Of a stretch of 15,654 nt of DNA, positions 9,589-14,942 are shown one piece after another (within the stretch, counting starts at the first letter, position 1; each line of letters begins with the position of its first letter). Under the pieces are notes generated by a model. The model was given only the letters and a program-made list of their open reading frames with translations. It made no database searches and was not told the origin of the DNA. This DNA comes from Candidatus Thorarchaeota archaeon (GTDB lineage Archaea > Asgardarchaeota > Thorarchaeia > Thorarchaeales > Thorarchaeaceae), in assembly GCA_020348985.1 (NCBI GenBank), contig CP070761.1, forward strand, positions 2,114,016-2,129,669, written 5' to 3'. The position numbers and the translations under genes were made by a program.

Positions 9589-11787
9589 GAAAGCAAAAGC
9601 GCTGTACAAGACCCATATCACCGTCACAACTGCCTCTCCAGACACAACTCCACTCAAGAGGCGCGTAGTTCTATCTCTCAGAGGATCACAGAAAGTAGTC
9701 TGGGTTAATTCATCCGGGACTTCGCTCTGTTTCTTCAATCTGTAGTCCACAAATGCACCGAGAAGCATCGCAAACGATGTGGCAGGAGGAATAAGTATGC
9801 CCACAGCCAAACTGATTGCACTCAGTCCACGTTTCCCTAACTCCTTTCCTACAAGATATCCAACCACTCCAAAGGAAAAGAGGTAGACAAACGCAAGCAA
9901 GGGGCCTAGCTCTGGAAACTGGCTCAGTCCTGGCAATTGGAAGCTTCCTAGCCCCTGTAGACTGATGACCAAGAATCCGAAGAGCTGGGCAGAAGGACTC
10001 GGGAAGTCAGTTCCGCCGAAGTTGTATGTGACGTAGATGGTGTAGGTGATGAGGGAGCCCACGAATGTTCCAAGCATAGCACCAACAAAGACGGCTTTGG
10101 CTATGTCTCTTCCACGCACATTCGTCAACTGTCCAAGCTTCAAATGGACAAGAAGGGCAATAGCCGAATCCTGAAGAGCTCCCAGCATGGACATGAAGAC
10201 TGTTATCGCCGAGAAACCCACTCTGAACAGCAAGATAGCTGGTATCGCCACCATGTCTGAAATGTAACCCGCAAGCATGCCGGTCTCGCTTATTGCACGA
10301 GCAGTGAAATATGCAGAGACGATAACGATGGGAGTGCCGAAGACTATCAGCGCCCAATGGATCTGAAGCCCCCCAAATGGAATGAAGAACCAGAAAGCGA
10401 GAAGCCCGATAATTGTGAAGATGCCCAATGAGACCAGGGCGACCCATACAGGGAGCTGCCCTCGCCGGGTCTTGAGATACTCCCTTGGGTCTCTGACCAT
10501 ATCCCGGATTTCTTGCTTGAAGCGTTCGATATTGAACACCTCTTCTCTTAGACTGACAAGCCTCGGGACTTCTGAAACCTTGTGTGGCTCTTCCAACATG
10601 ATGAAATCATCAGAGCCATCTTGCTGACGAATGTTTGAGAACTCCTCAAACTCGGCCGTTGTTAACTCATCCTTTCGGCCTTTCAGTATGTCTCCAGCTA
10701 TTACCGCTGCGAACACGCCTAAAGCGAGATAGAGAATCTCTGGTCTTCGCAAGTGCTCACCGAATTCAATTGACGCAGCCCCCTCCAGAATCACCCAAAT
10801 AAGAAGAGAAGTAATGCTGCCTGCTACGAGTACAAGAGCACGCTTCCAGCCGATGAAGAACCCCATGCTAGCTATCAGGGGGGAATTAGATAAACCAACC
10901 CAGTCGGGGACCGCTGAAGCTGCTGGAATGACCGGAGATAGTGCATTCGGGAACGTCGAGAGTGACGCACCGCTGGCGCTTTCAGCTATCCTCGTTACTC
11001 CTACCCATGCGCCGGCTGCACCCATCCCCATTATGACATCCATTTTGGCCGATTCGTCAGCTCCCAATGCATTAATGCACTCAGCTTGTGGACGAACTTG
11101 CGGCCACGGTTCGTCCTCGAATCGCTCTCTCAGGGGTGCTAACAATAGAATCCCACAGATTGCGCTGACTCCTGTAATGAATGCAATGAAAGGATATGTA
11201 ATGATGGCCTGTGACACGGCCGGGGGCTCAAAGATAGCAATTGCTGGAAAGACAATAAGAACACCAATTGCAATCATTGAGGAACCGTTGGCAATGGAGA
11301 CAACGATTGTGTTCTCTTCTGGCGTATACTTTCCGTGGACACCAAGAATCAACGCGCCCAGCATCTCAGCACCAACGAAGTAGATGAGTCCGAGCTTTAG
11401 TGCTATGTAGATTCCTAGAAACGTCATGATTATTCCTACGACGACACCGGTTGCAATAGCACGCTTGGTCAATGGGAACTTGGGTTCGCTTTTCATAGCG
11501 CCGTAGATGAGAATGCCAACGGTTGCCATGACGACTACTTCTGTAAATAGCCCAAGGATCAACGCGGAGACTAGGTAAGCAGACGCTCCTAGGACGAGCA
11601 ATCCCAGCTGTTTCTTGTCAACAGGGCCGCTGACGATAGATGAGGCAGTGAGAAGGCCCTCAATTATCGCACCCAATACGACAGCTGGATCTGTCCAACG
11701 GCCCTGTGCCATCACGAAGAGGATATACAAGAGCCCTGCAAAGAAAAGACCTGCAAGCAGAGCTCTACTTGATCGGGTCTCACTCAT
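9577..11787 (-). CDS. OPT/YSL-family oligopeptide (or metal-chelate) transporter
   Basis: Highly hydrophobic. LTKRAIATG...IYIALKLG, EENTIVVSIANG, EPWPQVRPQAECI, RAISETG, LKLGQL, FPSPSAQ and SGVVSGEA resemble OPT family motifs. Start moved to ATG 11787 (MSETRSS), which is preceded by GGAGAG. The 3' end overlaps the convergent DHH gene by 12 nt. Confidence 0.85.
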   Translation of the reverse strand: MSETRSSRALLAGLFFAGLLYILFVMAQGRWTDPAVVLGAIIEGLLTASSIVSGPVDKKQLGLLVLGASAYLVSALILGLFTEVVVMATVGILIYGAMKSEPKFPLTKRAIATGVVVGIIMTFLGIYIALKLGLIYFVGAEMLGALILGVHGKYTPEENTIVVSIANGSSMIAIGVLIVFPAIAIFEPPAVSQAIITYPFIAFITGVSAICGILLLAPLRERFEDEPWPQVRPQAECINALGADESAKMDVIMGMGAAGAWVGVTRIAESASGASLSTFPNALSPVIPAASAVPDWVGLSNSPLIASMGFFIGWKRALVLVAGSITSLLIWVILEGAASIEFGEHLRRPEILYLALGVFAAVIAGDILKGRKDELTTAEFEEFSNIRQQDGSDDFIMLEEPHKVSEVPRLVSLREEVFNIERFKQEIRDMVRDPREYLKTRRGQLPVWVALVSLGIFTIIGLLAFWFFIPFGGLQIHWALIVFGTPIVIVSAYFTARAISETGMLAGYISDMVAIPAILLFRVGFSAITVFMSMLGALQDSAIALLVHLKLGQLTNVRGRDIAKAVFVGAMLGTFVGSLITYTIYVTYNFGGTDFPSPSAQLFGFLVISLQGLGSFQLPGLSQFPELGPLLAFVYLFSFGVVGYLVGKELGKRGLSAISLAVGILIPPATSFAMLLGAFVDYRLKKQSEVPDELTQTTFCDPLRDRTTRLLSGVVSGEAVVTVIWVLYSAFAFLAL

Positions 11788-11882
11788 TGTAAACTCTCCG
11801 CGTAGGCAGGTGTTGGTAATCCAAGAAGATGCAGTGCCAAATGCAGTCTTGGGGAGGGCACGGTTGCCCCGTCCGTTATATA

Positions 11883-12191
11883 TCAATTAGTATTCGCAGA
11901 GCGAAGCCTTCTCAGCACTTCGTCCTCGCTGAGGCTTCTCACTAGGAAGGTCTTCTCCTTGCTGCGTATGCCCGATGTCATCTTTAAATCTCCTGTAGAT
12001 ATTCGGAGTACCTTTGCGAGCCTCTTGAGTAACTCCGTATTTGCTTTTCCTTCTCTGGCCTGTGATTTCAGATTGAGTACAATCCTGGCTGGAGTCATCT
12101 CAGCAACAAAGGACTTGGATCTTGACCCGGGTCTCACAGCAACTCTAATCCAAGTCCCATCTTCGGTCTCCCAGACTGCTTGACCATCCAT
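11883..12191 (-). CDS. DUF167 / UPF0235 (YggU-like) protein
   Basis: IRVAVRPGS...AREGKANTELLKRLAKVL...SGIRSKEKTFLV matches the DUF167 pattern; 102 aa. Confidence 0.9.
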   Translation of the reverse strand: MDGQAVWETEDGTWIRVAVRPGSRSKSFVAEMTPARIVLNLKSQAREGKANTELLKRLAKVLRISTGDLKMTSGIRSKEKTFLVRSLSEDEVLRRLRSANTN

Positions 12192-12243
12192 AACGCTTCA
12201 ACTAAGCTCTCACTTATGAGTGTGATTCAAACAGCGGTGATAC

Positions 12244-12266
12244 AACCATCAAGAATGGTTTTTATG
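12244..12266 (+). promoter_or_regulatory. Putative promoter of the profilin pair (TATA-like TTTTTATG) with an overlapping inverted repeat
   Basis: TTTTTATG at 12259-12266, preceded by purine-rich AAGAA. Inverted repeat AACCAT-N5-ATGGTT at 12244-12260. Confidence 0.45.
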
Positions 12267-12327
12267 GAATCGTCACAGATACTTGTCCTAGTTGTCAGAC
12301 CAATGGTCTGGACGGAGTGAATGACAA

Positions 12328-12708
12328 GTGTCAGATCCAGTAATGGAAGCATATACCAAAGCATACAATGATTCAGGTCAGCAGATTCAGGCCTTCGGAG
12401 TAATCAACACTGGAGGACAGGTCCTTTGGCAGAGCAACAATTGGGATCTCACTGCAGACGCAGCCGCTCTTGTCGGTGCAGTAGCAGGGAATGCCCCCAG
12501 CGTTGTTCAGAATCAAGTCAAGTATAGTGTAATTGGTCGAGGTCCTGAGCGACTAGTGGCTCGCAGTGTTGCAGGCCACGGCGTTCTTGTCATGGCGAAG
12601 GTTGATGATGACAAGTGGGCTGTTGCTTGGGCGACCGCAGAAGCGGCACCTGATGCCGTTCATGTTGATGTCGATAGGGCAGCAAGGACAATCAAGGGGA
12701 AGATCTAG
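12328..12708 (+). CDS. Asgard-type profilin (actin regulator), copy 1
   Basis: 126 aa. IQAFGVINTGGQVLWQSNNWD, VKYSV...ERLVARSVAGHGVLVM and the C-terminal helix follow the Asgard profilin pattern (QxxNWD, KY, ER, GxG(H)). SD GGAGTGA at 12314-12320 precedes the GTG start. Confidence 0.85.
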   Translation: MSDPVMEAYTKAYNDSGQQIQAFGVINTGGQVLWQSNNWDLTADAAALVGAVAGNAPSVVQNQVKYSVIGRGPERLVARSVAGHGVLVMAKVDDDKWAVAWATAEAAPDAVHVDVDRAARTIKGKI

Positions 12709-12787
12709 CACATAGTATCCTTCTCCAGTTCGAGCTAGATTCGAAGTTCGAGCCTGGGAGCGCTCAATCTGAACAAGGTGCATTACC

Positions 12788-13162
12788 GTGGAAGCCATTA
12801 TCGACGGTGTCTGGCAGATACTGTATTCAAACAATCCGAAGATACAGGCATTCGCAGTCAGCAAGGACTCGAAAGTCATCTGGCAGACCTCGAATTGGGA
12901 TCCATCAAAGCAGATTGGTGATCTACTGGCTGCAGTCGATTCTGCTGCATCCTCCGTCACGCTCAACAAAGTCACGTACGACAGAGTCTCATCCAATGTC
13001 ACCTCTTACGTGTCATCAAATGGTAAAGGACAGGGTCATCTCTTAATGGCTCGGGTTGAGAAAGGCGTCTGGCTAATTGCTTGGGCGACTCCCGAATCCG
13101 TTCCGGAACTGGCTGCAGTCGACCTGCAAAAGACGGCGATAGATCTCACGGGTCAACTATGA
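12788..13162 (+). CDS. Asgard-type profilin-like protein, copy 2 (diverged paralogue)
   Basis: 124 aa, colinear with copy 1: IQAF, WQTSNWD, VTY, NGKGQGHLLMARV, WLIAWATPE. SD AGGTG at 12776-12780 precedes the GTG start. Confidence 0.8.
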   Translation: MEAIIDGVWQILYSNNPKIQAFAVSKDSKVIWQTSNWDPSKQIGDLLAAVDSAASSVTLNKVTYDRVSSNVTSYVSSNGKGQGHLLMARVEKGVWLIAWATPESVPELAAVDLQKTAIDLTGQL

Positions 13163-13207
13163 CCCGATCCTTTCACTCAGCCAAGAATATCGTTTAGGCT
13201 GCATTCC

Positions 13208-13957
13208 TCAATCGTTGGGGAAGACAATACTTCTCAACTTACGAAAGACTTCAACTACTCTATCATTTCCAAATGAATAGAGTTCAACAAGAGTATCGTA
13301 TTGCTTCAAGACTTGCTTGTCGGCAACATCGCCTCTGATTCGGCTGACAACTTTCTCGCGACCTTGTGCCTGCAACGCATTGAGTTCGACCCAAAGATCC
13401 ACGACCTCCTTCTTCTGTTCCTCTGTGAGGCCTAGGTTGAAAGATCTTGACATATCATCAACGTATGTTGTCAACTTCCTGCGCGCAGCTTTGCCTTCTG
13501 CGCCCAGGTGACTAGTAGTCACGACGAACCCTTTCGATGTCCTGCGATAGTAGTCAGTTGTTCTATTCCCCTTTGTAACAGTTCCGAATTTGATTACATA
13601 GCCAGCATCAATTAGCTTCGGCAGGTGATGGTATACCTGGTTCTTTGTGATCTCATCACATCCAACGCACTCGGGGGAAAGCTTGACAATCTCAACAACA
13701 GAAAGTGCATGTCTCTTAACTTCGCGCTGTCGGATTATTCTGTCTCCAGTCACCTCGTCCCTGCTTTCGGATGTGATAGTATCATCAATGCCCTCTCTCA
13801 GGACCTTGAGAATCTGAACCCTCACAGTATCGTCAAGTTCAGCTGCCCTCTTCGGATCCCTGACAAATTCAACATCAGTAACGACCCTCTTAGCTTCCTC
13901 GGTCATTTCAAACTCTATGTCTTCTCGCGTAAATGTATCTTGTAGTTCATCGGACAT
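13208..13957 (-). CDS. Winged helix-turn-helix (ArsR-like) transcriptional regulator with a C-terminal helical domain
   Basis: RVQILKVL...LSVVEIVKL...TKNQVYHHLPKLIDAGYV...TTDYYRRT is a wHTH signature. SD GAGGTGG lies just upstream of the ATG. Confidence 0.82.
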   Translation of the reverse strand: MSDELQDTFTREDIEFEMTEEAKRVVTDVEFVRDPKRAAELDDTVRVQILKVLREGIDDTITSESRDEVTGDRIIRQREVKRHALSVVEIVKLSPECVGCDEITKNQVYHHLPKLIDAGYVIKFGTVTKGNRTTDYYRRTSKGFVVTTSHLGAEGKAARRKLTTYVDDMSRSFNLGLTEEQKKEVVDLWVELNALQAQGREKVVSRIRGDVADKQVLKQYDTLVELYSFGNDRVVEVFRKLRSIVFPND

Positions 13958-14040
13958 CCAGTGGCCACCTCTTTACTCGCCCATCTTCATCATTTCCAAG
14001 CAAATTCAACTTTCAACTTCAATTAGAATACCTAGTTCAC

Positions 14041-14051
14041 AAATATATAAG
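14041..14051 (-). promoter_or_regulatory. Putative TATA box for the wHTH regulator gene
   Basis: The minus strand reads CTTATATATTT, about 85 nt upstream of ATG 13957, in an AT-rich intergenic region. Confidence 0.5.
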
Positions 14052-14346
14052 TTTGTTGGACACACCATTCATCAACTTTTGTTTGCCCAGCAAACAAACA
14101 ATCACTGCATTTGAACATTGCATCTCTAGTCAAACGGTTTAGACTGCCATTCTGCCGTTTAATATCGAAATTCAGAGCTTTCAGGCAATCATTGCATACA
14201 TCTCTCCAGGTTCCATAAGAAGCAGGAGCACAGAATAATAACTAACGTGTTTATCACTCTGGCCAATCATAGTCTTTTTGGCAATCAGAACCGTCCAAGT
14301 TTACAATTTGAACCATTCCATATCTGAATGGTTGGCTGACCAAACC

Positions 14347-14354
14347 TTTATATA
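14347..14354 (+). promoter_or_regulatory. Consensus archaeal TATA box (TTTATATA) for a + strand transcript starting at about 14375-14380
   Basis: Exact TTTATATA located upstream of the structured element and the micro-ORF string. Confidence 0.6.
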
Positions 14355-14389
14355 GATTCGGTGTGTGTGATATACGTGGTCAAAGTGAC

Positions 14390-14499
14390 GGTTTGGATTA
14401 CACACAAAAGCGAACGTGGTGGTTCGGAAATGAGCTGTCTTGGTATAGATGGCAGCGTTTCTCGTAACCCACCGGGTAACGAGAATAGATATCCAAACC
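14390..14499 (+). ncRNA. Candidate structured RNA or leader (four-way junction), family unknown
   Basis: Closing helix GGTTTGGAT (14390-98)/ATCCAAACC (14491-99) encloses three hairpins: CGAAC/GTTCG (14411-26), GCTGTC/GGCAGC (14434-56) and TTCTCGT-A-ACCC/GGGT-A-ACGAGAA (14459-85). Strand inferred from the TATA box. Confidence 0.45.
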
Positions 14500-14545
14500 T
14501 TGCGTTCGATTCGGTGAAGCAGACTGTTACAATCGGTGATATACA

Positions 14546-14653
14546 ATGGCTCTAGTAAAGAACACTCGAAAGAGAACTGTGATGAAGAACAAGAAAGTCG
14601 CACAGGCCCTAGTGGCGGATGCGATTGAATTCGCATACACTTACCGGAGGTAA
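14546..14653 (+). CDS. Small basic peptide 1, 35 aa: MALVKNTRKRTVMKNKKVAQALVADAIEFAYTYRR
   Basis: SD GGTGAT (14535-40) 5 nt before the ATG; similar to the next micro-ORF. Confidence 0.65.
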   Translation: MALVKNTRKRTVMKNKKVAQALVADAIEFAYTYRR

Positions 14654-14658
14654 ACTGA

Positions 14659-14745
14659 ATGGCACTTGCAAAGAGAAACAAGAATCTACTCCAGAAGAAG
14701 AGTATCTCGACAAAGGCTGTTGCTTACGCATACTTGCGCAGGTAG
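14659..14745 (+). CDS. Small basic peptide 2, 28 aa: MALAKRNKNLLQKKSISTKAVAYAYLRR
   Basis: SD GGAGGT (14646-51, overlapping the end of peptide 1) 7 nt before the ATG; similar to peptide 1 with synonymous codon differences. Confidence 0.65.
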   Translation: MALAKRNKNLLQKKSISTKAVAYAYLRR

Positions 14746-14751
14746 ATTGAG

Positions 14752-14871
14752 ATGATCCGAAAGACGGAATCTGATCAATCCGAGGTGCAAAAGCACAGTG
14801 ACGGCTCTGCTTACTCAACAAAGCGTCGAAGCATGACTCTGGAGGATGTGCTCGGGCTTGAACCAACCTGA
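14752..14871 (+). CDS. Small peptide 3, 39 aa: MIRKTESDQSEVQKHSDGSAYSTKRRSMTLEDVLGLEPT
   Basis: ATG 6 nt after the peptide 2 stop; weak SD AGGT (14740-43); internal AYSTKRR echoes the AY..RR ends of peptides 1 and 2. Confidence 0.4.
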   Translation: MIRKTESDQSEVQKHSDGSAYSTKRRSMTLEDVLGLEPT

Positions 14872-14942
14872 GCACTCCTAACTGTTTAGTTCTATCAATC
14901 CTGGTTCACTGCTAAATCTCGCTTTTGGCCAAATTTCGCCAA

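Larger units (their letters stand above)
14340..14516. repeat. Bipartite direct repeat CCAAACCTT-N6-GATTCGGTG (two copies)
   Basis: 14340-14363 reads CCAAACCTT tatata GATTCGGTG and 14493-14516 reads CCAAACCTT gcgttc GATTCGGTG: both 9-mers identical, spacer length identical. Confidence 0.85.

Noticed and set aside
11788-11886. 33-aa N-terminal extension of the OPT ORF as called by the track
   Set aside because: An SD-preceded ATG exists at 11787, and the extension covers an AT-rich TATA-like stretch near 11876-11884.
849-11890. Numerous short antisense or alternate-frame ORFs in the ORF track (e.g. 6341-6727, 6978-7403, 10007-10447, 10814-11383)
   Set aside because: They lie within long genes with recognisable motifs and show no family motifs of their own; they are best explained as shadow ORFs.
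12727-12753. GTTCGA motifs resembling a tRNA T-loop
   Set aside because: No cloverleaf, acceptor stem or anticodon arm can be built.
12553-13002. 149-aa minus-strand ORF with a CPCC motif
   Set aside because: It is antisense to both profilin genes, which have homology and SD support.
14181-14270. Possible 25-29 aa hydrophobic minus-strand micro-ORFs (type I toxin-like)
   Set aside because: No SD, paralogue or other independent support.
14459-14485. Hairpin considered as a SECIS element
   Set aside because: It lacks the AUGA/GA kink-turn core and the GAA/A internal loop, and no in-frame TGA selenoprotein candidate is nearby.
14340-14516. Direct repeats considered as a mini-CRISPR array or transposon ends
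   Set aside because: There are only two copies, 153 nt apart, with a variable core, and no cas, transposase or integrase gene in the window.
14301-14875. Minus-strand ORFs 14301-14681 and 14609-14875
   Set aside because: They have no recognisable motifs, and the plus strand has a TATA box, SDs and paralogous micro-ORFs.
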